A stretch of DNA of 30,413 nucleotides. Origin: a virus. Its lineage: Duplodnaviria; Heunggongvirae; Uroviricota; Caudoviricetes. The notes under the pieces were generated by a model, which was not told the DNA's origin, did no database searches, and saw nothing but the letters and a program-made list of their open reading frames with translations. The stretch is from the IMG/VR virus record IMGVR_UViG_2541047880_000005; one strand, written 5' to 3'. Positions 1 through 7,666 of the stretch are shown here, piece after piece. Both the position numbers and the translations under genes were made by a program. How positions within the stretch are numbered: position 1 is the first letter of the stretch; each line of letters begins with the position of its first letter.

Positions 1-981
1 TTATAACGTCACTCCGCCTTTTAGTGGATTCAGAGCGACGGCATTTTGCAGATAGTCAGGCGCAAGGTGCGCATAGGCCATCGTCTGCTGAATGCTCGCA
101 TGTCCCAGAATCTGTTGCAGTGCGATTATATTGCCCCCATTCATCATGAAATGGCTTGCGAATGTATGCCGCAGGATGTGGGTTGCCTGATTGGGTGGTA
201 TATCAGGTTTCACTCTGCGTAAAATCCCGCAAAATTTCTCATAATCAACTTTGAATAATTTGGCGCTGGCCTCCTCTTTAACTTTTTTCTCCAGTTCCTC
301 AGAAATCGGCACGGTTCGCTTTTTACCGTTTTTGGTTTTCAGGAAGGTAACCCTGCAATTTGTAATCTGTGCTGGTTTTAGCGTGGCAACTTCCGTCCAT
401 CTTCCTCCAGTGCTCAGACATAAAAGCGCGACAAGTAAGTCATCACCAGCCAAAACATTTAACAGTTTTTCGATTTCTGCTTTTTCCAGGAACGTCATTT
501 CAGGGTTGGCCTCCGCCAGTGGCGGCAGTCCGTGAATTGGGTGTTGCCCGGAAAATTCATCCAATTGAATTAATTTTGTGAACATGCCGGATAATCGGTA
601 CATGTCACGGTTTATCGTTGCGGCACTGATACCATCACGTAGTCGCATGGAACGATAATCCATCAAAGCCCTTTTGCTCATCCTGCTCACTGGTATATCA
701 CCTATGCCGCTGATGGTTTTGAGTAGATGATTAAACTCTTTTGTTCCATGCTCGTGGTTTTGCCCGTGATATTTCCACCAGATGTCCAGCAACTCACTCA
801 AAGTCCGGCGGTCTGCTCGCTGGCCTCCCCATTCTTTCTGACTGGCATTGGCGATTGTGTATCGCTCAAATGCTAGTGCTTCAGCTTTTCTTTCGAATTT
901 CCTGCGGATGCGTTTTCCGTCGCGACCGCGAGGTCTAATGTCCACTTCATAGCGACCATCATCGAGCTTCTTAATTGCCAT
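1..981 (-). CDS. int: Tyrosine recombinase, P2-type prophage integrase. Start chosen at the MAIKKL ATG (981), which has a GGAGG Shine-Dalgarno 8 nt upstream; the longer ORF from the ATG at 1011 has none.
   Basis: ORF track 1..1011 minus strand. N-terminus MAIKKLDDGRYEVDIRPRG resembles P2 Int as I recall it. C-terminus carries the tyrosine recombinase box (LRHTFASHF ... LGHASIQQTMAYAHL). First gene of the prophage, followed by C and cox as in P2. Confidence 0.9.
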   Translation of the reverse strand: MAIKKLDDGRYEVDIRPRGRDGKRIRRKFERKAEALAFERYTIANASQKEWGGQRADRRTLSELLDIWWKYHGQNHEHGTKEFNHLLKTISGIGDIPVSRMSKRALMDYRSMRLRDGISAATINRDMYRLSGMFTKLIQLDEFSGQHPIHGLPPLAEANPEMTFLEKAEIEKLLNVLAGDDLLVALLCLSTGGRWTEVATLKPAQITNCRVTFLKTKNGKKRTVPISEELEKKVKEEASAKLFKVDYEKFCGILRRVKPDIPPNQATHILRHTFASHFMMNGGNIIALQQILGHASIQQTMAYAHLAPDYLQNAVALNPLKGGVTL

Positions 982-1050
982 AAGAAAGCCCTCCGGCGCT
1001 GTATTCACCATCTTGGTAGCAAATGGTGAAAATGTAATCTTTATATAGAG

Positions 1051-1344
1051 TTAGCCAATCCTTTTCGCGGAGTGGTTGGACTCTGTTGACTCTGGCCCAA
1101 TGTGCGCGAGAGCCGGTGCGATTTGTCCTGCGTCCGGCGCGGTTTTATCTGTCATAAGCCATAGAGCATATTTTTGGAATGTGGGATGCATAGTGATTTT
1201 TAGCAAAGCTGTGCCACCGGGTTCAAAGTTTCCTCCTTCATATTTTTTAAGTGTGCTTAGCGGTAACTCTATGATTTCACAGAATTTTGATTGGCTTAGC
1301 CCTTCAGCCTCACGCAAGGCCTTAATCTTTTCGCTTAATTTCAT
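1051..1344 (-). CDS. C: P2-type immunity repressor C (helix-turn-helix)
   Basis: 97-aa ORF on the minus strand directly upstream of int and divergent from cox. C-terminal part (TFQKYALWLMTDKTAPDAGQIAPALAHIG) resembles the P2 C repressor as I recall it. Size and position match P2 C. Confidence 0.8.
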   Translation of the reverse strand: MKLSEKIKALREAEGLSQSKFCEIIELPLSTLKKYEGGNFEPGGTALLKITMHPTFQKYALWLMTDKTAPDAGQIAPALAHIGPESTESNHSAKRIG

Positions 1345-1465
1345 TTGACATGGTGCCTATATAGGGACTAAATTCCCTCAAAACTGGAACCTATATAGGT
1401 TCCATTGATTTGAGAATAAACCAGCGTCTAAACGGTTTTGAGTGGTTTAGAAAGGGCTGGATCCT
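1345..1465. promoter_or_regulatory. C/cox immunity-switch region (putative Pe/Pc promoters and operator). Contains two copies of CCTATATAGG (1356..1365 and 1390..1399); the second lies inside a perfect 18-bp palindrome GGAACCTATATAGGTTCC (1386..1403). A TTGACA -35-like hexamer sits at 1345..1350.
   Basis: Read directly from the sequence. Position between the divergent repressor and cox genes corresponds to the P2 developmental switch. Confidence 0.5.
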
Positions 1466-1480
1466 ATGAGGGTACCATAT

Positions 1481-1753
1481 ATGGACGCTGAAAATTATGT
1501 GATTCAGTATCCGCTTGATGCGGTTCATGTGGATAAATTTGCTGATTTATTAGGGAAGCCAAAGACAGCCGTCAGTGAAATGGTGAAGGCAAATAAATTA
1601 CCAATTATTGAATTGCGTGATCCTTGCAAACCGAAGGCTCGTGCCGGTGAAAAATGGGTTTTCATTCCTGAGTTTAATCGCGCTGTACGTGAGGCGTTTT
1701 ATAACCGACCGGTTGAACAGCGTGATGCATGGCTTTTGTGGATGGGGTTGTGA
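1481..1753 (+). CDS. cox: Cox-like excisionase / early-operon regulator. Start placed at the ATG at 1481, which has a GAGGG Shine-Dalgarno; the ORF track start at 1466 is the alternative.
   Basis: About 90-aa ORF, first gene rightward of the switch region. Resembles P2 Cox in size and in its C-terminal RDAWLLWMGL (P2 Cox ends similarly as I recall). Confidence 0.75.
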   Translation: MDAENYVIQYPLDAVHVDKFADLLGKPKTAVSEMVKANKLPIIELRDPCKPKARAGEKWVFIPEFNRAVREAFYNRPVEQRDAWLLWMGL

Positions 1754-1755
1754 TT

Positions 1756-1926
1756 ATGAATGAGCCGCGTTGTATTGCTCAGTTACTGCGTAACGAAAGC
1801 CCCAGGGCGATTGACTTCACCATCACCCACGGGAAGGGTCGCAAGGGAATCATTATCCGCACCAAAAAACAGAGTCCGTTAAAAAAGGCTCTGACCTTTC
1901 TGAAAAGCCGGAGGGTCTGGAAATGA
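1756..1926 (+). CDS. Small early hypothetical protein
   Basis: ORF track 1729..1926; the first ATG after the cox stop is at 1756. Lies between cox and B where P2 carries a small ORF. No recognisable motif. Confidence 0.35.
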   Translation: MNEPRCIAQLLRNESPRAIDFTITHGKGRKGIIIRTKKQSPLKKALTFLKSRRVWK

Positions 1927-2423
1927 CAGTGATGACGCTCAATCTCGTCGAAAAACAGCCAGCAACTATGCGCCGGATAATTGGTAAGCATCTGGCCGTC
2001 CCTCGCTGGCAGGATACATGTGATTATTATAATCAGATGATGGAGCGCGAACGGTTAACGGTTTGCTTTCATGCGCAGTTAAAACAGCGTCACGCAACGA
2101 TGCGTTTTGAAGAAATGAACGACGTCGAACGTGAACGGCTGGTTTGTGCAATTGATGAATTGCGTGGGGCATTCTCAAAACGCCGTCAGGTTGGCGCAAG
2201 TGAGTATGCATATATTAGTTTTTTAACAGTCAGTCAGCGTCGTACTTTATTTATGCATGCCGGATTGACTGAAAAAGAATTCAACCAGCCATACTGGCGA
2301 ATTAATGAAGAGTCATGTTACTGGCGTGATGCTTTATTCCGTGCATTACGTGAATTATTCAGTCTGTTTGAGTATGCACCGACAATTCTGACGTCGGTAA
2401 AACCAGAGCAATATCTGCATTAA
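1923..2423 (+). CDS. B: Replication protein B (helicase-loader-like), P2 gpB homologue
   Basis: 166-aa ORF, the same length as P2 B, in the cox-B-A early operon position. Start overlaps the upstream stop (ATGA). GGAGG-like Shine-Dalgarno upstream. Confidence 0.7.
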   Translation: MTVMTLNLVEKQPATMRRIIGKHLAVPRWQDTCDYYNQMMERERLTVCFHAQLKQRHATMRFEEMNDVERERLVCAIDELRGAFSKRRQVGASEYAYISFLTVSQRRTLFMHAGLTEKEFNQPYWRINEESCYWRDALFRALRELFSLFEYAPTILTSVKPEQYLH

Positions 2424-2444
2424 GTAATTAACCCGAGTTTTTAA

Positions 2445-2472
2445 CGCACTTAATCGTGCGGGGCTTCTTTTT
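2445..2472 (+). terminator. Possible intrinsic terminator or attenuator after B: stem CGCAC/GTGCG with a 6-nt loop, followed by a T-rich tract (GGGCTTCTTTTT)
   Basis: Hairpin and T-run read directly from the sequence. Confidence 0.35.
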
Positions 2473-2486
2473 GCCTGGAGAAAGTC

Positions 2487-2711
2487 ATGCATACAGTTTC
2501 TGAAAATCAGTGCGGTAAATACGCATTACTGCTGCAACAGGCCAGAACCGAAGCACAGGCCGACGCTGCGACGCGCTTTTCTTCTCGTCTTGACGCCATG
2601 ATTCGCCATATCACAAAGGCGGAGTTATCCCGCGTGGAGATAGTCGAGCTGCTCAGTCAGGAGTCGGAAAAATTTCACAATATCGGATTGTCTCGCGGGG
2701 AGGTGCTTTGA
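2487..2711 (+). CDS. Small early hypothetical protein
   Basis: 74-aa ORF with a GGAGAAAG Shine-Dalgarno upstream; in the B-to-A early region where P2 has several small ORFs. Confidence 0.5.
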   Translation: MHTVSENQCGKYALLLQQARTEAQADAATRFSSRLDAMIRHITKAELSRVEIVELLSQESEKFHNIGLSRGEVL

Positions 2712-3010
2712 TGTCCTGTTCTCATTCAGTTGTATTACTGAATAACGCCTTAAAAATCGCCGTTATGGAAAATGGTGATTTGTCTCTTATTCAACTTTGT
2801 CTTGATAAAGAAAAACGCGACATAACTGAATCTGTTATCGCGATTTATCAGAATGAATTAAACCTCCTGTCTGATGTGGTCAATTTACTTGTTAAACGCG
2901 CTGTATTCCACAAGCAAATTTCCTCAGTGGATGAACTGACAAAATTAACGACAGAACTTGCCAGTTATTGCGCTGATGTATCCAGGAAACTTAACGATAA
3001 AAGGAGCTGA
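2711..3010 (+). CDS. Small early hypothetical protein
   Basis: ORF track 2708..3010. ATG at 2711 overlaps the upstream stop (TGATG), with GGGGAGG Shine-Dalgarno. AT-rich. Confidence 0.5.
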   Translation: MSCSHSVVLLNNALKIAVMENGDLSLIQLCLDKEKRDITESVIAIYQNELNLLSDVVNLLVKRAVFHKQISSVDELTKLTTELASYCADVSRKLNDKRS

Positions 3011-3012
3011 TA

Positions 3013-3237
3013 ATGCCGGACAACGTAGATTTTATTCAGGAACAACAGGCTGAATTACTGGAGCGCCAGATTAACGCGGCAAGGGTAAAACATTGCGGTG
3101 TTTCTTCGCTGGTTTGCGAAGAGTGTGACGCGCCAATACCTGCTGCCCGTCGTGCGGCTTATCCGTCAGCCACGCGTTGTGTTTCCTGTCAGTCAGTCTT
3201 TGAAGCAAAAAACAAACATTACCGGAGAACGGCATGA
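3013..3237 (+). CDS. TraR/DksA-family C4 zinc-finger protein
   Basis: 74-aa ORF with two CxxC pairs (CEECDAPIP ... CVSCQ). Strong AAGGAG Shine-Dalgarno. Position matches the P2 early zinc-finger ORF. Confidence 0.7.
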   Translation: MPDNVDFIQEQQAELLERQINAARVKHCGVSSLVCEECDAPIPAARRAAYPSATRCVSCQSVFEAKNKHYRRTA

Positions 3238-3509
3238 GTATTCGTATTGAAATTGGCGAACGTTATGTCGTTACCAGTGACAGCTTTCAGTTTATTCTCC
3301 ACGAGAAAAAGAGAGCGGAAAGCGGTAAAAACGCCGGTCAGGAATGGCTGGCAGTGGTTGGTTATTACCCGAAATTAAGCCAGCTCGTTTCCGGCCTGAT
3401 GCATCACGATATTCTGACCGGAAGCGCAAAGTCTTTTGCTGATTTAAACGCGCAGGTTGAGCAACTCAGCAGGCGTTGTTCAGAGGCTTTTGGCTCATAT
3501 GGCCGTTAA
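3234..3509 (+). CDS. Small early hypothetical protein; its 3' end overlaps the start of A
   Basis: 91-aa ORF; ATG at 3234 overlaps the upstream stop, with a GGAG Shine-Dalgarno. Confidence 0.5.
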   Translation: MSIRIEIGERYVVTSDSFQFILHEKKRAESGKNAGQEWLAVVGYYPKLSQLVSGLMHHDILTGSAKSFADLNAQVEQLSRRCSEAFGSYGR

Positions 3510-5784
3510 AGCCTCCGGGCGTTTTGTCCCTCCGTCAGCATTTGCCGCAGGCACCGGTAAGGCGTTTACCGGTGCTTATGCATGGAACGCGCCACGCGAG
3601 GCCGTCGGGCGGGAAAGACCCCTTACACGTGACGAGATGCGTCAGGTGCAAGGTGTTTTATCCACGATTAACCGCCTGCCTTACTTTTTGCGCTCGCTGT
3701 TTACTTCACGCTATGACTACATCCGGCGCAATAAAAGCCCGGTGCACGGGTTTTATTTCCTCACATCCACTTTTCAGCGTCGTTTATGGCCGCGCATTGA
3801 GCGTGTGAATCAGCGCCATGAAATGAACACCGACGCGTCGTTGCTGTTTCTGGCAGAGCGCGACCAGTATGCGCGCCTGCCGGGGATGAATGACAAGGAG
3901 CTGAAAAAGTTTGCCGCCCGAATCTCATCGCAGCTTTTCATGATGTATGAGGAACTCTGCGATGCCTGGGTGGATGCGCATGGCGAAAAAGAATCGCTGT
4001 TTACGGATGAGGCGCAGGCTCACCTGTATGGTCATGTTGCTGGCGCTGCACGTGCTTTCAATATTTCCCCGCTTTACTGGAGAAAATACCGTAAAGGGCA
4101 GATGACCACGAGGCAGGCATATTCTGCCATTGCCCGCCTGTTTAACGATGAGTGGTGGATTAGTCAGCTTAAAGGCCAGCGTATGCGCTGGCATGAGGCG
4201 TTACTGATTGCTGTCGGGGGGGTCAATAAAGACCGTTCACCTTATGCCAGTAAACATGCCATTCGTGATGTGCGTGCGCGCCGCCAGGCAAATCTGGAAT
4301 TTCTTAAATCGTGTGACCTTGAAAACAGGGAAACCGGCGAGCGCATCGACCTTATCAGTAAGGTGATGGGCAGTATTTCTAATCCTGAAATTCGCCGGAT
4401 GGAGCTGATGAACACCATTGCCGGTATTGAGCGTTACGCCGCCTCAGAGGGTGATGTGGGGATGTTTATCACGCTTACCGCGCCGTCAAAGTATCACCCG
4501 ACACGTCAGGTTGGAAAAGGCGAAAATAAAACCGTCCAGCTTAATCACGGCTGGAATGATGAGGCATTTAATCCAAAGGATGCGCAGCGTTATCTCTGCC
4601 GTATCTGGAGCCTGATGCGCACGGCATTCAAGGATAATGATTTACAGGTCTACGGTTTGCGAGTCGTCGAGCCACACCACGACGGAACGCCGCACTGGCA
4701 TATGATGCTTTTTTGTAATCCACGCCAGCGTAACCAGATTATCGAAATCATGCGTCGCTATGCGCTCAAAGAGGATGGCGACGAAAGAGGAGCCGCGCGA
4801 AACCGTTTTCAGGCAAAACACCTTAACCGGGGCGGTGCTGCGGGATATATCGCGAAATACATTTCAAAAAATATCGACGGCTATGCACTGGATGGTCAGC
4901 TCGATAACGATACCGGCAGACCGCTGAAAGATACTGCGGCGGCTGTTACCGCATGGGCGTCAACGTGGCGCATCCCGCAATTTAAAACGGTTGGCCTGCC
5001 GACAATGGGAGCTTACCGTGAGCTACGTAAATTGCCTCGCGGCGTCAGCATTGCTGATGAATTTGACGAACGCGTGGAGGCTGCACGCGCCGCCGCAGAC
5101 AGTGGCGATTTTGCGTTGTATATCAGCGCGCAGGGCGGGGCAAATGTCCCGCGCGATTGTCAGACTGTCAGGGTCGCTCGTAGCCCGTCGGATGAAGTTA
5201 ACGAGTACGAGGAAGAAGTCGAGAGAGTGGTCGGCATTTACGCGCCGCATCTCGGCGCGCGTCATATTCATATCACCAGAACGACGGACTGGCGCATCGT
5301 GCCGAAAGTTCCGGTCGTTGAGCCTTTGACTTTAAAAAGCGGCATCGCCGCGCCTCGGAGTCCTGTCAATAACTGTGGAAAGCTCAACGGTGGTGATACT
5401 TCGTTACCGGCTCCCACACCTTCTGAGCACGCCGCAGCAGTGCTTAATCTGGTAGATGACGGTGTTATCGAATGGAGTGACCCGGAGGTTGTGAGGGCGC
5501 TCAGAGGTGCATTAAAACACGGACTGAGAACACCACATTGTCAGCCAAGAAACGGAAGCCCGTTAAAACCACATGAAATTGCACCATCGGCCAGACTGAC
5601 CCGGTCGGAAAGAATGCAAATCACCCGTATCCGCGTTGACCTTGCTCAGAACGGTATCAGGCCGCAGCGATGGGAGCTTGAGGCGCTGGTGCGTGGCGCG
5701 ACCGTAAATTATGACGGGAAAAAATTCACGTATCCGGTCGCTGATGAGTGGCCGGGATTCTCAACAGTAATGGAGTGGACATGA
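3499..5784 (+). CDS. A: Replication initiation endonuclease A (rolling-circle HUH nickase), P2 gpA homologue
   Basis: ORF track 3457..5784. Starting at the MAVKASG ATG (3499) gives 761 aa, the P2 gpA length. HUH motif (GTPHWHMMLF, about 4690..4710) and tyrosine motif (GYIAKYISKN, about 4840..4870) are visible. Confidence 0.9.
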   Translation: MAVKASGRFVPPSAFAAGTGKAFTGAYAWNAPREAVGRERPLTRDEMRQVQGVLSTINRLPYFLRSLFTSRYDYIRRNKSPVHGFYFLTSTFQRRLWPRIERVNQRHEMNTDASLLFLAERDQYARLPGMNDKELKKFAARISSQLFMMYEELCDAWVDAHGEKESLFTDEAQAHLYGHVAGAARAFNISPLYWRKYRKGQMTTRQAYSAIARLFNDEWWISQLKGQRMRWHEALLIAVGGVNKDRSPYASKHAIRDVRARRQANLEFLKSCDLENRETGERIDLISKVMGSISNPEIRRMELMNTIAGIERYAASEGDVGMFITLTAPSKYHPTRQVGKGENKTVQLNHGWNDEAFNPKDAQRYLCRIWSLMRTAFKDNDLQVYGLRVVEPHHDGTPHWHMMLFCNPRQRNQIIEIMRRYALKEDGDERGAARNRFQAKHLNRGGAAGYIAKYISKNIDGYALDGQLDNDTGRPLKDTAAAVTAWASTWRIPQFKTVGLPTMGAYRELRKLPRGVSIADEFDERVEAARAAADSGDFALYISAQGGANVPRDCQTVRVARSPSDEVNEYEEEVERVVGIYAPHLGARHIHITRTTDWRIVPKVPVVEPLTLKSGIAAPRSPVNNCGKLNGGDTSLPAPTPSEHAAAVLNLVDDGVIEWSDPEVVRALRGALKHGLRTPHCQPRNGSPLKPHEIAPSARLTRSERMQITRIRVDLAQNGIRPQRWELEALVRGATVNYDGKKFTYPVADEWPGFSTVMEWT

Positions 5785-6236
5785 TGGCAAAAATTCACGA
5801 GGTAAAGCTGCACGCAAAATATTTTGACCTTGTGCTGGAAGGAAAGAAACGCGCAGAGTTTCGGAAAAATGACCGTAATTATGAGCGCGGGGACACGTTG
5901 ATTTTGCATGAATGGGCGCAGGGTGTGTATACGGAGCGAAAGGTTGAAGCCCGGATAACAGATGTTACTGACCTGTCAGACTGGCTGGAAGATTATGTCT
6001 TGCTAAGTATTGAGCTGCTTAATACAGGCGCATATGAGATTGTGAACTGGAAAGAACTTAGTGAGCGTGGTCTGGTATTCAGAATTAATCATGAAATTAT
6101 GCATCAGCTCGGCCTTGCTGTTATGTATGCACCAGAGACGGGGATGTCTGGCGGGGCAATGGTTGCCACGGATGGAGCATGGAACTATTCAGATGAACAG
6201 ATTGAGCGTGCAAAGCAAAACGGGTGGCTTGGATAA
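5781..6236 (+). CDS. Hypothetical protein with an N-terminal ASCH/PUA-like region (tentative)
   Basis: ORF track 5748..6236. ATG at 5781 overlaps the A stop (ATGATG). N-terminus MAKIHEVKLHAKYFDLVLEGKKRAEFRKNDRNYERGDTLILHEW resembles ASCH-type domains; this is a judgement from the sequence, not a search result. GC content is phage-like. Confidence 0.55.
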   Translation: MMAKIHEVKLHAKYFDLVLEGKKRAEFRKNDRNYERGDTLILHEWAQGVYTERKVEARITDVTDLSDWLEDYVLLSIELLNTGAYEIVNWKELSERGLVFRINHEIMHQLGLAVMYAPETGMSGGAMVATDGAWNYSDEQIERAKQNGWLG

Positions 6237-6442
6237 TGCACAGAATACCGGGCGAGATACCGCAACATAACACTAAAAATATCAAGCTGATGGCTATTGT
6301 TCACCGTCTACAGCAGATTATGGTCAACGAAAATCTGACGCCTGACGAGCTGGTCGGGTGTGCCGAAATAGTCCGGGATAATTACGGGCGGCTTAATTAT
6401 ATCCGTCAGTCCAGAGTTGCTCCACCGCCACGCAGACTATAG
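6236..6442 (+). CDS. Small hypothetical protein; start uncertain
   Basis: ORF track 6224..6442 (GTG start). The ATG at 6236 overlaps the upstream stop (TAATG). No recognisable motif. Confidence 0.35.
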   Translation: MHRIPGEIPQHNTKNIKLMAIVHRLQQIMVNENLTPDELVGCAEIVRDNYGRLNYIRQSRVAPPPRRL

Positions 6443-6657
6443 AAAACGCCGTCAGTCTTGAAACTTGTTTTCAGGGCTGGCGGGGTTGAACAACGAGCAT
6501 CGCGAGGCGTTAGTGGTATTGGAACCAATGAGAAAACAAAAAACTCAACGCCTCCCCTCATGTTTGATGGTATGGTCTTGTTTTTAGGTAATGAAGCTTT
6601 ATTCGGGTGACGTGTCTAATATAGCTTTCTGCATGACGTTAGAATGATGATGAGATC

Positions 6658-7260
6658 ATGTTATTAATGAATGAGAAAAAAAGACAAAAATATCTAAAGA
6701 TAATGTTTGAATGTCAAAAGCGACTTGAAACACTTCATGCTTTATCATCTGGAAGGATTGATGGCATTTATTTTCAAGTGTTAATTGAAATGGAGGCGTT
6801 GCAGCTTAGGAAGCTACTAGAGCTCATTGCATTTTCATCTCTAATTTCACATGAAAAAGCATACGAGAAGGTTACAAAGAAGATTGATGGTGTATGGAAG
6901 GCGAAGAATATATTTAAAGAGTTGGAAAAGATAAACCCTAACTTTTATCCAGTACCAATATCAGGAGTAACCAAAACGGGCTGGACGAAACTAACGGGAG
7001 GTTTTTTGACGAAAAAACAGTTTATCAAGCTATATGATGAATGCTCAAAACATATTCACGTAAGGAACCCATATCGGGTTAGGGAAAACTCGCTGGGGTT
7101 TCATAAAAAAGTTCCAGAGTATTTATCAAGAATTGAAACTCTACTGTTAAAGCACATTGTTTCTCTTGCCGGGAATGAAGAACTTCTTCTTGTAGATGTG
7201 CCTCATTATGAAGACTCTGTAACAGCTATAAAAATGAGCCACCTCGTTAAAATGGGGTGA
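6658..7260 (+). CDS. Hypothetical 200-aa protein of unknown family; AT-rich accessory cargo in the P2 tin/old hotspot next to cos. Candidate anti-phage defence or abortive-infection gene.
   Basis: Uninterrupted 200-codon ORF, much more AT-rich than the flanking phage genes (first 60 nt have only 12 G or C). Preceded by a 215-bp non-coding AT-rich leader. Lies between the replication module and cos, where P2 carries tin and old. Predicted lysine-rich and probably helical. Contains an R-x6-H string (RENSLGFH, nt 7081..7104) that is compatible with, but does not prove, a HEPN-type motif. Confidence 0.7.
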   Translation: MLLMNEKKRQKYLKIMFECQKRLETLHALSSGRIDGIYFQVLIEMEALQLRKLLELIAFSSLISHEKAYEKVTKKIDGVWKAKNIFKELEKINPNFYPVPISGVTKTGWTKLTGGFLTKKQFIKLYDECSKHIHVRNPYRVRENSLGFHKKVPEYLSRIETLLLKHIVSLAGNEELLLVDVPHYEDSVTAIKMSHLVKMG

Positions 7261-7293
7261 AAAATAAGCAATAAATAGTCGATTCTAGTGAAC

Positions 7294-7315
7294 GGTCGGC
7301 TATTTTTAGCCGGAT
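7294..7315 (+). terminator. Possible terminator after the cargo gene: stem CGGCTA/TAGCCG with a TTTTT loop, followed by GATTTTTATA
   Basis: Hairpin read directly from the sequence, 30 to 50 nt after the cargo stop codon. Confidence 0.35.
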
Positions 7316-7478
7316 TTTTATACTGTTTCCCCTTAATTACAGTCGTTTCTATTCATGCATGTGCTATTGCATCGAATTGCATGCGTTTTCATCCCCTGTT
7401 GCTTATGAGCGTTGTCAGTGCTGGCGCATTCTCGGTATGTTCATGCAACTGCATCAAAATCGCCCCATGAAGCGGGCG

Positions 7479-7497
7479 GGCGAGGCGGGGAAAGCAC
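7479..7497. other. Putative cos site (P2-type 19-nt cohesive end GGCGAGGCGGGGAAAGCAC)
   Basis: This 19-mer is present here and matches the P2 cohesive-end sequence as I recall it. It lies just beyond the stop of portal gene Q, as in P2 (old-cos-Q). Confidence 0.7.
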
Positions 7498-7638
7498 TGC
7501 GCGCTGGCGGTGGTGCTGATTTTATTTTTTCGGCGTCTCAGCGCGTCGTGATGGCGTTTAGATTGTGTGCCGGGGCGTCGGTGTGTCTGCGGGCTGTTTT
7601 GCGTGGAGGTGAGCGTGTGAGGGCGTGATGACGGGGTG

Positions 7639-7661
7639 TAAAAAAGCCGCCCGCAGGCGGC
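7639..7661 (-). terminator. Intrinsic terminator downstream of Q on the minus strand: GCCGCC CGCA GGCGGC hairpin, followed on that strand by a T-run
   Basis: Perfect 6-bp GC stem with a 4-nt loop, flanked by AAAAAA on the plus strand (T-run on the minus strand), immediately after the Q stop at 7667. Confidence 0.7.
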
Positions 7662-7666
7662 GATGT

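Noticed and set aside
3476-3808. 110-aa plus-strand ORF
   Set aside because: Alternative frame inside the 5' end of replication gene A; A carries clear HUH and tyrosine motifs in its own frame.
7288-7628. Two small plus-strand ORFs (60 aa and 89 aa) after the cargo gene
   Set aside because: They span the cos site and the Q terminator region, lack ribosome-binding sites and have Cys/Arg-rich low-complexity translations; more likely non-coding packaging-site DNA.
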